Positions 1 to 10,165 of a stretch of 64,000 nucleotides of DNA are shown piece after piece. The notes beneath the pieces were generated by a model. That model worked only from the letters and a program-made list of their open reading frames with translations. It was not told where the DNA came from and did no database searches. Made by a program: the position numbers and the translations under genes. Every line of letters begins with the position of its first letter. Positions within the stretch are counted from its first letter, which is position 1. The stretch comes from a virus (lineage: Duplodnaviria; Heunggongvirae; Uroviricota; Caudoviricetes): the IMG/VR virus record IMGVR_UViG_3300025073_000880, one strand, 5' to 3'.

Positions 1-1633
1 ACTTGTGCCATAACACATCGTTTGTTTCTAAATCAGCGAACTCTGAAACATTAGTACTTTCAAATAAAGTAGGAGTATTTGTTGGTACATTTCTTTGCAA
101 ATCAGCTGCATCAAAATATAAAATATCTGTATTATTGCCACCTATCCAAACTACGACTGTTATCTTTCCACTCGCGGGGACAACAAACTCCTCTACAGAA
201 AACTGTTGAAACGAATCAGTCAAAGTCTTATTATCATAAAAATCACTCGCTGGCTCGGTAGTCGCTGGTGTATAAGACACCCACGCATTAGTTGTAAAAT
301 TGTAATACTGCGAAGCTGAACCTTTTGTATCATCAAATAAAGCTACCCTTGCTCTAGCATTAACAGAAGAAGCCCCGTCTTTTCGTGCGTAATATCTCAA
401 TCTATAAGTATGTCCTGCTGTAAGCCCTGATATAACTTGTTCAATATACGGTTGATCGCCTGATGTTCTGTATAGTTTAGCTGAATATGTACCTGCTTGA
501 ATGATTGTAGATTCTCTAATTATTCCAGCCTCAACACTATCAACTCCCCACAATCCCTCCGTCCAATTAGTTAAAGTGGTTGGTGTGGTTGCTGTCCAGT
601 TTTCAAACCCTCCATCTGTTGCTTGGTCTACTCCATCTATTTTTATCTGAACATTGTCAATATTAAGCAATGCCTCATTATCCCCAACCGAACCAATCAA
701 AATTTGAGAAGAAACAATCGCCCATGCAGGAGCTGTTACGATTGCTGAGCTTAACTCTGTATATGAACTAGTCGCTATAAGAATTTCAAAAATATTCTCA
801 TCAAATGTTGTTGACCATGTTCCAGCCAAAGCCCCAGTGGCATGATAATAATAATCATCAACGCCATCACCAGCTATTCTGATAACGAACATATTAGATG
901 TCCCTGACACTCTCTTGGCGTCAGCAATAACCTGAATAGTCTCGTCTGCCGCAAATGTAACAGCATTATCCAATAAGTTAGAAAAAAACATCCCTGCTAA
1001 AACTTCATCATACGCCTCATTTTGCACCGCATAAGAACCAGAACTACTATCTGCTGTTCTTGTTGTTTGATTTGCGACATCTCCGGAAATCGATTCTAGC
1101 GTCCAATCATCCGGCGTAAACAATCCTGTCGCATCCCATACTTCAACTCCACCATCAACCAAAACAGAAGTATCGTAATACTGCGGAACTTTTAATGCTC
1201 CGTATTTTAAATGTTTGGTGTCGGGTATTTTAATGTTTCGGCTATTACTAGGAGTGATGTCAGTCCCGTCATCACTCCAAAATTGATCTATATATGTTTT
1301 AAGGTCATCATACGTTTTTTTAGTAAATGATAATATCATTTCATACGTAGCCCCACCTGTGTTCTTTGTTGAGGCAGATGTGCTTTCCTGTGCCCTCGTA
1401 ACGGTTAAAGTATCAGTTGATCTAGCGGTACAACGAACAATTTCAACATTTGGGTCTAAAGTCGGATTGGTATAGTTGGTTGAGTCCCACCAAACTAAAT
1501 TAAAAGCACCACTGACAGACGGGTCTGGCAGTTTACTTCCATCACCTGTAGCTAATGTAATACTGGTGTCATCATTATCATAGCCACCATCTACACTAAC
1601 TTTGGCAAAATTTAATACTGGGTCTAAAACCAT
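1..1633 (-). CDS. Tail fibre / receptor-binding protein. Partial: the ATG is near 1631-1633 and the ORF runs off the window start. The C-terminal part resembles a carbohydrate-binding module (GFENWT.. pattern).
   Basis: Long uninterrupted minus-strand reading frame from the ATG at ~1633 to position 1. Gly/Thr/Ser-rich beta-type composition typical of fibre proteins. Not in the ORF track because it is incomplete. Confidence 0.45.
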   Translation of the reverse strand, partial: MVLDPVLNFAKVSVDGGYDNDDTSITLATGDGSKLPDPSVSGAFNLVWWDSTNYTNPTLDPNVEIVRCTARSTDTLTVTRAQESTSASTKNTGGATYEMILSFTKKTYDDLKTYIDQFWSDDGTDITPSNSRNIKIPDTKHLKYGALKVPQYYDTSVLVDGGVEVWDATGLFTPDDWTLESISGDVANQTTRTADSSSGSYAVQNEAYDEVLAGMFFSNLLDNAVTFAADETIQVIADAKRVSGTSNMFVIRIAGDGVDDYYYHATGALAGTWSTTFDENIFEILIATSSYTELSSAIVTAPAWAIVSSQILIGSVGDNEALLNIDNVQIKIDGVDQATDGGFENWTATTPTTLTNWTEGLWGVDSVEAGIIRESTIIQAGTYSAKLYRTSGDQPYIEQVISGLTAGHTYRLRYYARKDGASSVNARARVALFDDTKGSASQYYNFTTNAWVSYTPATTEPASDFYDNKTLTDSFQQFSVEEFVVPASGKITVVVWIGGNNTDILYFDAADLQRNVPTNTPTLFESTNVSEFADLETNDVLWHK

Positions 1634-1716
1634 AATAAAAACTCTACTATATAAAAAAAACAAAATAGAAATACTGAAAATACAGCATCTTTATTTTGTC
1701 TTCATAACTATTATCT

Positions 1717-1735
1717 ATATTATAACACAAGTCCT
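1717..1735 (-). promoter_or_regulatory. Conserved promoter-like motif, copy 1. Plus strand TATTATAACACAAGTCC; minus strand GGACTTGTGTTATAATA, an extended -10 (TGnTATAAT).
   Basis: An 18-20 nt motif found four times in the window. It sits ~85 nt upstream of the tail-fibre ATG on the minus strand. Confidence 0.45.
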
Positions 1736-1736
1736 A

Positions 1737-2435
1737 CTATTTATCCAATTTAAGCACATCAGGGACTTTAACCGTTAATTTATCCTTATCTACAATGGAA
1801 CGGTAGCCATCGTCGCAATAATTACAATTAGCTCGCCCATACTTTCTAACCCTATCCTCTTCGTGCATATAGCCATAATGGAATGTCGGAGCCGTAGAGT
1901 GGAAACGTGTATTTTTAGGTAAATTTATATAATTGCTAGGACAAGCATACCCAGCATATTTTGGAAGATAGGTTATATTTGGCTGCCATTTTAAAGCCCT
2001 TACATGGTGAATACTTTTAAACAAGCCATCATTCCTGAATGTATCCTCATTGTCCCACATGTATAAAAGCCTAAACCAAAATGTTTTTTTATCTTTATCT
2101 AGCCAAAAATTCATTAGCTGTTCTGACATGTTTTTTGGATAACACTCATCACTGTCAGGGAAAAGAACAATATCAGGCTTAATATCATCTAACATTCTAA
2201 TGGTATTATCTCGTTGTAACCCTTGATTCCATCTACCACCACTATTTATTGTTTCTATAATCTTGACAACGGATTTGTGTCCTTTGGCTATTTTTTTTAT
2301 TGTAGGTGTTGAATCATTAAGATTAACATAAACCCTATTTGTATATTTAGCCATATCATCCAACACTTTTTTTGCGTATTTATCATCATCGTGCAACATG
2401 ATACAACCTACAATATTTATACCTTTTAAATCCAT
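1737..2435 (-). CDS. Glycosyltransferase, family 2-like (GT-A fold).
   Basis: Acidic D-rich motif near the N-terminus and GT2-like length and composition. Lies within a cluster of sugar-modifying genes. Confidence 0.5.
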   Translation of the reverse strand: MDLKGINIVGCIMLHDDDKYAKKVLDDMAKYTNRVYVNLNDSTPTIKKIAKGHKSVVKIIETINSGGRWNQGLQRDNTIRMLDDIKPDIVLFPDSDECYPKNMSEQLMNFWLDKDKKTFWFRLLYMWDNEDTFRNDGLFKSIHHVRALKWQPNITYLPKYAGYACPSNYINLPKNTRFHSTAPTFHYGYMHEEDRVRKYGRANCNYCDDGYRSIVDKDKLTVKVPDVLKLDK

Positions 2436-2523
2436 ATAAACCTCTAAAAAAATAATTTAATGATATACTAATAATTACAGTGAAACATCGCTCACAGCTC
2501 AATTTTGGACCCCACAATCAACA

Positions 2524-3066
2524 CTATTCATTGGTTATTATGCCCATTCCTGCCGTCCCGTAGTTCAATGTAGCTCCATGGTATTTTGTTAAAAGCTCTG
2601 CCCAAAACTCAGGCACACCACACTTTTGGTTACAAACGTCGTGCAACAAAATTATCCCACCTTTTTTTACCAATGGTGCGTACATGGCGAAATCCTGTTT
2701 TACCCCATTATAACTATGGTCCCCGTCTATAAGTAAAACATCAAAAGATTCAGTACTAACACTATCAAAAACCTCAACCTTATGAGAATCTCCAGCTACT
2801 GCCGTCCAAAAATCGTGTAAGTCAACTGGTATCCTCTCTGAAGCGTTAGGCAAATCTATCGAAATAGACGTTAAATGCCCACATCCTTTTTCTTTTAGTG
2901 CGGATAAAATAGTTCTCGTTGACTGTCCTTGCCTTACCCCAATTTCCAAAACATTTATTTTTGGTTCTTTTTCCATTATTAGCTCATAAAGCATAAAAAC
3001 ATACGGTTGCATCGCTCTCTTCATTTTTTTCATTGACAATATAATGTCATTCATATTTTTTAGCAA
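2524..3066 (-). CDS. Class I SAM-dependent O-methyltransferase (CmcI/TylF-like, Methyltransf_24-type).
   Basis: LEIGVRQGQST (motif I) and IDGDHSY motifs. Confidence 0.6.
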   Translation of the reverse strand: MLKNMNDIILSMKKMKRAMQPYVFMLYELIMEKEPKINVLEIGVRQGQSTRTILSALKEKGCGHLTSISIDLPNASERIPVDLHDFWTAVAGDSHKVEVFDSVSTESFDVLLIDGDHSYNGVKQDFAMYAPLVKKGGIILLHDVCNQKCGVPEFWAELLTKYHGATLNYGTAGMGIITNE

Positions 3067-3448
3067 TTAGATAAGAGTCCCTTTTAATAAAATCACACTC
3101 TAATATGTTAAATTTATTTAATCTTTTAATTAAAAATGATAATCCCACAGGAGACATTCTCCAACAATCAATAGGATAATTATGCAATGGTCTGTCCCAC
3201 GGAACAAATAAAAGCACAAACCCATTTGATAATCTACCTATCTCTTCAGTTAATTTATAAATATCCTCTACATGCTCTAGTACATTCGCACATATCACAA
3301 TGTCAAATTCATTATCATTAAACGGATATTTATAGCCGTCATTAACAACAACATCGACATTATCTCCGCTAACTATATCTAAACCTGTATATGTCCATAA
3401 AGGATTCGTAAAATATCTGCGGAACACCATCCTCGGATGTTTAATCAT
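3047..3448 (-). CDS. SAM-dependent methyltransferase (type 11-like).
   Basis: DIVICANVLEHVED motif. Overlaps the downstream gene by 20 nt. Confidence 0.5.
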   Translation of the reverse strand: MIKHPRMVFRRYFTNPLWTYTGLDIVSGDNVDVVVNDGYKYPFNDNEFDIVICANVLEHVEDIYKLTEEIGRLSNGFVLLFVPWDRPLHNYPIDCWRMSPVGLSFLIKRLNKFNILECDFIKRDSYLIAKKYE

Positions 3449-3555
3449 CTAATTTTTGCTACCAACCTCTAAAATATTTAACCGTTTATTCCTAAAAGGC
3501 CTTAAATAGTTCCTGATAAATTCTTTCATTGTATATAATTGAATAAAGTCCATAA

Positions 3556-4398
3556 TTATCTATGTTTTAAACAGTGTGCACAAAGAGTATATTTATATCT
3601 TTCTCCTTTTAATAAATCTAAAAATGTTTCAATCACATTATCTGACTGCAAAATAGTGTTTAGCTCTTGTTTGTATAATGACCCAAAAACATGAATTCGC
3701 TTCCAGTCGTGGCAACAAATAATGACTTCTCCAAAAGCATTAATGGTTAAAAATTTTAATGGAGATGGGCAAGGACGTTTAATATTTATAGCCTTATCAT
3801 CAAGCCAACACATTTTATTGTTCATTTTTTTATCCATCGGATACCTTTGATAAGCCCGTAAAACCATTGAAACATTATCTCTTACTCGTAAAATCATTTT
3901 ATGGATTCGCCTCCCTTCTTCAGGGGAATAAACCGAAAAATTCAATCTATTGACTCTAAACTTATCCATTTCTTTTATTAGAGAATCATCCACATTAAAC
4001 CCATTGCTGTAAAGCCAAATCTTTGCCTTTGGAACATACTTTTCAATCAAAGTAAGTATATAAAAAAATCTTGGGTCTGCTAATGGTTCTGAATATAAAA
4101 ATGGATAAATTATTCCTTGAAAATCATGTTTGCCCAAAAGCTTTAAAATTTGTTCAATTATCTCTAAAGGTAAAGATTTTGGCTCTTTAATTAAACTAGC
4201 AGGACATTTTTTATGGAGTAACGCATAATTACAAACATTGGTTGTTTCTATTAAAACGTTTCCCGTATAAGCAAACGGATTTATCTGTAAGTTTTTTTTT
4301 ACTATTTCTTTGTCCATGTAATTATAATGGTAATAATGTTGGAGCGCATGCAGGGCATACTTTGCAAATACCACACTCATAACAATATTTCTTGCCAC
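3556..4398 (-). CDS. Fe-S / SPASM-like Cys-rich enzyme; radical-SAM-related is uncertain.
   Basis: C-terminal CxxC-rich segments (IICCHDW, CAHCLKHR) and an N-terminal TNVCNYALLHKKC, but no canonical CxxxCxxC. A separate 47-aa Cys-rich reading frame (4463 down to ~4320) overlaps the 5' end in another frame. Confidence 0.3.
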   Translation of the reverse strand: MARNIVMSVVFAKYALHALQHYYHYNYMDKEIVKKNLQINPFAYTGNVLIETTNVCNYALLHKKCPASLIKEPKSLPLEIIEQILKLLGKHDFQGIIYPFLYSEPLADPRFFYILTLIEKYVPKAKIWLYSNGFNVDDSLIKEMDKFRVNRLNFSVYSPEEGRRIHKMILRVRDNVSMVLRAYQRYPMDKKMNNKMCWLDDKAINIKRPCPSPLKFLTINAFGEVIICCHDWKRIHVFGSLYKQELNTILQSDNVIETFLDLLKGERYKYTLCAHCLKHR

Positions 4399-4469
4399 AC
4401 TTAGGGCATTTATAAAGAGCTATAAGCTTTTTACACTTTTTACATTTTTCCCTCTCTTTTGTCATATTA

Positions 4470-5147
4470 TTATCTTTCTTTATGATAAAAATGAAATGTT
4501 GGATTATCAGAATGAATTATACGAATTTTATTATCACTACCACCTATCTCAACAAGTTTCCAATCCTCAGCCTCTCCTCTACCAATAATTTCTAAAAGCT
4601 CCCAATCAAACGTAATTTTCCTTCTCGGTCTTGGCCTGAAATAACCATATTTATCAAAAAGCTCTTTTTTAATCATAAAGCTTCCAATGTCACATTGCTG
4701 AGGTTGCAATCTACATTTTAACCTGTGTCTGTAATCTGGATTTTTAACTCCAATAAATAAAAGGTCAGTCCCTATCATTGTGGCTCCAGGATAAGCCAAT
4801 GCCTCATCTGCCAACAGCTGTAAATGATTAGCCTCCCAAAAATTATCATCATCTAAAAAACAAATCCACTCGTTATTAAACTCCCTATATCTATCTTTTA
4901 AATACCCAAAAGATAACATTGCCCCAACATTTCTTGAAAAACCCCCATAATAATGAGTCCTAACGCCAAGGTCTATCCAATGTCTGCGAGGGTCAAGGCA
5001 TAACCCAGCTAACGTTGTTCTTAGCTCAGGATTATTGTCATTAATAATTAAATGTTCCCAATTTTGAAACGTTTGCTCGTCTAATGATTTTATTACGTTC
5101 TTCACTCCATCAGGACGCCACCCTGCTGTTACTACGCTTATCTTCAT
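4470..5147 (-). CDS. Glycosyltransferase family 2-like.
   Basis: KISVVTAGWRPDG N-terminus and FLDDDN (DxD) motif. Confidence 0.55.
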   Translation of the reverse strand: MKISVVTAGWRPDGVKNVIKSLDEQTFQNWEHLIINDNNPELRTTLAGLCLDPRRHWIDLGVRTHYYGGFSRNVGAMLSFGYLKDRYREFNNEWICFLDDDNFWEANHLQLLADEALAYPGATMIGTDLLFIGVKNPDYRHRLKCRLQPQQCDIGSFMIKKELFDKYGYFRPRPRRKITFDWELLEIIGRGEAEDWKLVEIGGSDNKIRIIHSDNPTFHFYHKER

Positions 5148-5149
5148 AA

Positions 5150-5647
5150 TTATAGTAGATTTATATGATTCTTAACCGCTATTGCACAATTAAATCTGTC
5201 TATATATACTGGATTAAATCCATAAGGAAAATTTAATTTTTTATCAACATCATGGACAATAAATGCAGAGGTAACAAAGTTGTTTAGTTTGTCTATTATC
5301 GCTTGATTGTGCTTATGTCCGGCATCTATAAAGACCACATCAACAGCATGTTTCCAGTTTTCTTGCATAAAATCTTTCCATGTCAGTTCTGCATTAAGAC
5401 TATATTCTGCTAATAGCTTTTTGGCATAATTTAGTCTATGATTCTTAATGTCATAACCCCATGCCTTATAATTTTTGGTGTCATTTGATTTGACAGCACT
5501 GATGCCGAATAGGGCAGTATATCCCCAACCAACTCCAATCTCTAAATAACTTTTTGCATCTATCGCAACCAAAAGTCCATACATCAAAATAGAAAGTCTT
5601 TCGGTATAAAACGGCTTACCTTTCTCTTTGTTTATGTTAGGTATCAT
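5150..5647 (-). CDS. Class I SAM-dependent O-methyltransferase (CmcI-like).
   Basis: LEIGVGWGYTALFG motif I and FIDAGHKH motif. Confidence 0.55.
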   Translation of the reverse strand: MIPNINKEKGKPFYTERLSILMYGLLVAIDAKSYLEIGVGWGYTALFGISAVKSNDTKNYKAWGYDIKNHRLNYAKKLLAEYSLNAELTWKDFMQENWKHAVDVVFIDAGHKHNQAIIDKLNNFVTSAFIVHDVDKKLNFPYGFNPVYIDRFNCAIAVKNHINLL

Positions 5648-5650
5648 AAA

Positions 5651-6310
5651 TTAATAATAACCGTTAAAATTAAATTTATGTCTTCGATAATATAACAATG
5701 GTTCATCTATGTGCTCATGAGTAGCCTTACCAAGTAATATCATTTGACGCCAAAGACCCCAATCTTCATGCAAACGTTTGCCTGTTTCTGTTTTTCTTAT
5801 AGCCTTATAGCCAAATTTTTTTGCTATATTCGCATTATAAAGAGACGACCCGTGGATAAAATTACTCCTATTTATTTTACCATGTAGAGATCTCATCCTC
5901 CAAATATAATAACCATGTTTTTTTTCCGTCTTCATCCCAGCCCTAGCACTTGCAACATCTGATCCCGTTATATACATATCAGAAGAAACAATGTCAGCGT
6001 CAACATTTGACATAAGCTCCAACGCATCGGGTCTAAGCCAATTATCAGCCCCAAGATACATTACATACTCAGTAAAGATATGGTTCATTAAAATATCATT
6101 AAAGTTATCTAATGTCCCCATGTTTTTTTCTCGTTTCATCACGTCAACACCATACCGTGAAGCTGTTTCACACATACCATCATCAGAAGCATCATCAACT
6201 GCTAAAATCCTTTTTGGCAGTACCGTTTGTGATAAAACAGAATCAATCGCGTGCGCAACTAAATGTCCATAATTATACCCCACAATAACAACAGTTATTT
6301 CTTTTTTCAT
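5651..6310 (-). CDS. Glycosyltransferase family 2.
   Basis: ITVVIVGYNYGHLVAHAIDSVLSQT and VDDASDDG motifs, the canonical GT2 N-terminus. Confidence 0.65.
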   Translation of the reverse strand: MKKEITVVIVGYNYGHLVAHAIDSVLSQTVLPKRILAVDDASDDGMCETASRYGVDVMKREKNMGTLDNFNDILMNHIFTEYVMYLGADNWLRPDALELMSNVDADIVSSDMYITGSDVASARAGMKTEKKHGYYIWRMRSLHGKINRSNFIHGSSLYNANIAKKFGYKAIRKTETGKRLHEDWGLWRQMILLGKATHEHIDEPLLYYRRHKFNFNGYY

Positions 6311-6795
6311 AAATATCTGCGTAACCTTTGAAACCTTGAATCATCACCCCGCCTTACAGAAAATGCCTCTTTATATCCCAACTCTTCAACGGCCTTTAAA
6401 CATAAATCATTAAACTTCCCATAAGGATATGCGACATAATCCATTGGGAATGGAGGCGTTAATTCTTTTAGTATATCCCTATAAGATAATCTTGTTAAAT
6501 TTGGATGTGACCACGTATGCCAACCAAGCTTAGTCCCATTATTAACAAGGCTTTCTATTTGTTTCCATGTACAAAACCTTTCAAATGGCTGACCAACATC
6601 GAACGAATTATCTCCACCAACATAATTACCCATAACAAAAATAATAACATCTTTTTTACAAATAATTTTTCTATGTCTCCAAACATTTTCGTAAACACCA
6701 TCAAAGGTTAATTGCCCTTCAGCTTTTTTAATTTCTTTTGATGTATTATAGTTACTAGTTAATTTCTCTCCAATATTATGGCAAAGATAAGTCAT
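6307..6795 (-). CDS. Polysaccharide deacetylase (NodB homology domain).
   Basis: HTWSHPNLTRL, the NodB His-x-x-Ser-His motif. Confidence 0.65.
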   Translation of the reverse strand: MTYLCHNIGEKLTSNYNTSKEIKKAEGQLTFDGVYENVWRHRKIICKKDVIIFVMGNYVGGDNSFDVGQPFERFCTWKQIESLVNNGTKLGWHTWSHPNLTRLSYRDILKELTPPFPMDYVAYPYGKFNDLCLKAVEELGYKEAFSVRRGDDSRFQRLRRYL

Positions 6796-7306
6796 ATATG
6801 GCTAACCTTTCAATAAATCGTCTATACTTAAATTTATATTCAAATATTTGATACTTTTTATCTATATCATTTCTCTCCCATGATGATATATTGCAAGTTA
6901 ATATAAACCGTCTAGCGTGCAGTCTTATTTTTTCAAGAATCCACATATAATTATATTGCCTATAAAGTGTCCCCATGGTTGTCACCAAATCAAACTTCAT
7001 CGGTTCATTAAGGCTATCAAGATTAATAATATTTTCAGGAAGTCTAGATGTTGCTCTATCAGATAAATCATAACCATAAAGCATTTCAGCAGGAATGTCT
7101 TTTGTTATCCACCCCTCACCACAACCAATATCTAAGGCATTTTTAAGACATAGCCCGTTAAAGCCACAAATAAAGTCTAAACTACTAATAATAATATCCT
7201 TCCTCTTTATATCATCACCATTACTTTTATATCCCCAAGGGTCTTCAGTTTTATAAAAACTTTCTAAATCATCTTTGCTTTGCATACTATCTTTTTTTAC
7301 CAACAA
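6776..7306 (-). CDS. SAM-dependent methyltransferase.
   Basis: LDIGCGEGWITKDI glycine-rich motif I. Confidence 0.55.
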   Translation of the reverse strand: MLVKKDSMQSKDDLESFYKTEDPWGYKSNGDDIKRKDIIISSLDFICGFNGLCLKNALDIGCGEGWITKDIPAEMLYGYDLSDRATSRLPENIINLDSLNEPMKFDLVTTMGTLYRQYNYMWILEKIRLHARRFILTCNISSWERNDIDKKYQIFEYKFKYRRFIERLAIYDLSLP

Positions 7307-8639
7307 TTATTATTGATTTTTTACGCTCATCAAGACCTGGAACAAACTCACACCTAATAATTTTATATCCCAATACTCTACTAAACAGTTGAATTAAAAC
7401 GTCCATGGTAAAAGCAACTTTATGCGAAACCTCTCTAATAGTACTTGGGCGTGATAACCCATCAGGCACAATTATACCTAAAATTCCGCCAACCTTTAAT
7501 ACACGGCTCCATTCTAACAGTGTCTTTTTGGTATCAACCATATGCTCTAAATTATGACAAGCAACTAAGGCATCAAGTTCTCCATCTTCAAAAAACCATA
7601 AGTCATCACCATTAGCTATTATATCAGCTGCCGACCCGGGGTAAGTATCAATACCAATACAATTGGGATGACACTTTTCAGTCCCACAACCAACATCAAT
7701 ACATTTACCAGTTTTGCAATATTCGCCAAGTAAATATCTTTGATTAAACTTTCTTTTTGTTTCTTGTTCTGATTGGACACCTGTATCCAATCCCCAATAG
7801 CTTAAACGCTTATTGTGCTCAGGTTGGTCTTCAGGATGATTAATTTCCATTGGGATATTTGTCTTTGGATCAATGGTTGGATACGGCTTTTGTTCTCCCT
7901 GATTAACTCTTTCTTTTGAATATGTTAAATATTCATTGAAATCTTTTTCATAACCTTTGTTCTCCCACATAAACCCCGTGTGATTCGCATATAAATGGAC
8001 AGCCATCCCAAACTTCTTTTTTAATGTTTTCATTGCGTCAGCATAACTATGGGACTCCCAATGCTTCCGATGACCAAACGGAGCATCTCCCAAAAGCGAT
8101 AAATCTGATTTTTTCTGCATTCTAAAAACAGATGGCATTGTTTTATTATTTCTAATTATTTTATCAGTTTCAATCCACTCGGCTCTCTTCGTCCTCTCTA
8201 TCCTCATACAAATAGACCCGTAATCAGGATAATGCTCATTAAACAAATGTTGCAACCGCTCAAGCCAGCATGGCCTTAAATCTGGTGGAAGTAAATCATC
8301 TTGTGTTGTAACAAAAACATCGGATTTAACATGCTTAAATCCTTCATTTAAAGCCTCTGGTTGACCCACATTTTCTGGCATCCAAACAATTTTATCAACA
8401 AGACCCAAAACTTCAGCATGCTTTAAAAAATCTTTAGTAGAATCAGTCGAAGCGTTATCTATAACAATAATCCTATGAGGGTAAAATGTTCTTTCCTTAA
8501 TGCTTCTAATCGTTTGTTCTAAAAACCGTCTACGCTGATATGTTACTAAGAGAATGTCTATTGGTTCTCGAGGTAAATCTTTGGAGTTAAAAGATACCTC
8601 TCTTACTTGACTATCTTGTTGATTTGTTTCTTCATCCAT
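7287..8639 (-). CDS. Two-domain protein: N-terminal GT2 glycosyltransferase plus C-terminal SAM methyltransferase.
   Basis: IDILLVTYQRRRFLEQTIRSI...IDNASTD (GT2). Further along, IDVGCGTEK...LEHMVD...LKVGGILGI (MTase type 11). Confidence 0.6.
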   Translation of the reverse strand: MDEETNQQDSQVREVSFNSKDLPREPIDILLVTYQRRRFLEQTIRSIKERTFYPHRIIVIDNASTDSTKDFLKHAEVLGLVDKIVWMPENVGQPEALNEGFKHVKSDVFVTTQDDLLPPDLRPCWLERLQHLFNEHYPDYGSICMRIERTKRAEWIETDKIIRNNKTMPSVFRMQKKSDLSLLGDAPFGHRKHWESHSYADAMKTLKKKFGMAVHLYANHTGFMWENKGYEKDFNEYLTYSKERVNQGEQKPYPTIDPKTNIPMEINHPEDQPEHNKRLSYWGLDTGVQSEQETKRKFNQRYLLGEYCKTGKCIDVGCGTEKCHPNCIGIDTYPGSAADIIANGDDLWFFEDGELDALVACHNLEHMVDTKKTLLEWSRVLKVGGILGIIVPDGLSRPSTIREVSHKVAFTMDVLIQLFSRVLGYKIIRCEFVPGLDERKKSIIIVGKKR

Positions 8640-8643
8640 AAAA

Positions 8644-10083
8644 TTATTTTATTTTTTCATAAAGTAATGGTTCAAGCATACCATAATATATTTGTTTAGT
8701 ATTGTGAGTTTTCCACACATGTCTAAATTGCTTATCAGCATCATTTTTGTCTAATCTATCAACAATTGCCACGGCAAGCCTTTTTAATGTTTCGTCATCT
8801 CTACCCTGATAGTGCATGTTTTTAAACGATGTAAAGTTGTGGTACAAAACAGCGTTGCTATCAACAAAATCACTAAGCGATGGCAAATCTCTGTTTATAA
8901 CAAGTAAGTTTTTAGCCATTGAAGCCTCAAGCAAAACATTACTACAAACCTCTGCCATAGTAGGGAATATAAATAAATTTGATACTTGGAATAAATTCGC
9001 AACAACTTCATGAGGCACAGATTTTTTAATTGGCATATCAGTGTCATTTGCCAATAAGCTAGTAAACATAATATCTTCTCCATTTATCAAACCATACTCT
9101 TTAGCTAATTTTAGTTTACTCTCAATATCATTAAGTCTTTTATGGCCATTGGCATTGCAAAAAATTAAAGCAACTTTTTTTCCTAAAGACTTTAACATCC
9201 CAAACGTCTTTATAACTAAATCTCCACCCTTTGCGTCAAACCTTGTAGTACATAAAGGATAACTCTGAATAATATTTTTATCCCAAAGTCTCATTACATT
9301 TGAAATATTTATCGTAATTGGGGACCAATTGAAAAGATTTGATGGATCTTTTTCATTAAAGACAACCCTAACTTTGTTGTGATTAACACCTATCATTGAG
9401 GCAAACTCAGCCGTATCGGCATAATTCATATAAACATATCTAGCATTCGGCATATCAAAATCTATCGGAAAACCAACTCCACTTCTTGCCCAATGTAACC
9501 ACTCAATATTAACACCACACTCCTTTATAGCCTCTCTATATGTAATACAGTCATCTATAAATAAATCATGCGTAATAACAATATCAAAACCAACTAACTC
9601 TTTTTTGAGAACTTCAATAAATTTATTTTTAGCAACTTCGTCCACAACATTTTTTTCTCTCTTAAACCTTGTAACCACAGGTCTCATCTCACAATCCCAA
9701 TCTAACGTGCTTCCTTCTTGAACAAAAAACACCACCTCGTGTCCAAACTCTTTCAGCATTTTTATTTGATGCCTTACGGCTCTAGCTGGAGAATAATAAG
9801 ATGGTGCCCTATTAAAATGACTGATAATGGCTATTTTTAATGGCTTTTTGTTTTTACTAATAAGAGGAGCTCTTTTAACCTCAATGGCTGGAGAGTTTTT
9901 TACTTTCAAACTTCTAACAGATTCATCAAGAGCATGGATGATATCATCTACCGGAAAATCGTTACGAATAGTATAATGTTTCAAATCACCCTCATCAACA
10001 GTTTTATCTCGTATCGTAGCGGTAATAAAATAACTATTATGTTTACTAGCCTCTAAAAATATATTAGCCAAATCTTCATTCAT
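8644..10083 (-). CDS. Glycosyltransferase family 1/4-like (GT-B fold).
   Basis: C-terminal EAS...LLVINRDLPS region resembling the GT1 E-x7-E motif. Size 479 aa. Confidence 0.5.
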   Translation of the reverse strand: MNEDLANIFLEASKHNSYFITATIRDKTVDEGDLKHYTIRNDFPVDDIIHALDESVRSLKVKNSPAIEVKRAPLISKNKKPLKIAIISHFNRAPSYYSPARAVRHQIKMLKEFGHEVVFFVQEGSTLDWDCEMRPVVTRFKREKNVVDEVAKNKFIEVLKKELVGFDIVITHDLFIDDCITYREAIKECGVNIEWLHWARSGVGFPIDFDMPNARYVYMNYADTAEFASMIGVNHNKVRVVFNEKDPSNLFNWSPITINISNVMRLWDKNIIQSYPLCTTRFDAKGGDLVIKTFGMLKSLGKKVALIFCNANGHKRLNDIESKLKLAKEYGLINGEDIMFTSLLANDTDMPIKKSVPHEVVANLFQVSNLFIFPTMAEVCSNVLLEASMAKNLLVINRDLPSLSDFVDSNAVLYHNFTSFKNMHYQGRDDETLKRLAVAIVDRLDKNDADKQFRHVWKTHNTKQIYYGMLEPLLYEKIK

Positions 10084-10165
10084 ATTTTTTTATCATATCA
10101 TATAAAAACACATTTGTCAACAACATATCCACAGACAAACCATTCATTAAACTACATTATCATGT

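Noticed and set aside
5991-6272. Plus-strand ORFs inside minus-strand genes (5991-6272, 6517-6711, 8816-9013, 9041-9262, 12339-12638, 23702-23914, 26391-26579, 26894-27115, 27276-27473, 28111-28691, 29465-30235, 54375-55370, 55550-56132, 56244-57105 and others).
   Set aside because: They are antisense to long, well-supported minus-strand genes (GTs, terL, portal, GroEL, epimerase). Their products are low-complexity or Ile/Phe-rich and they have no independent support.
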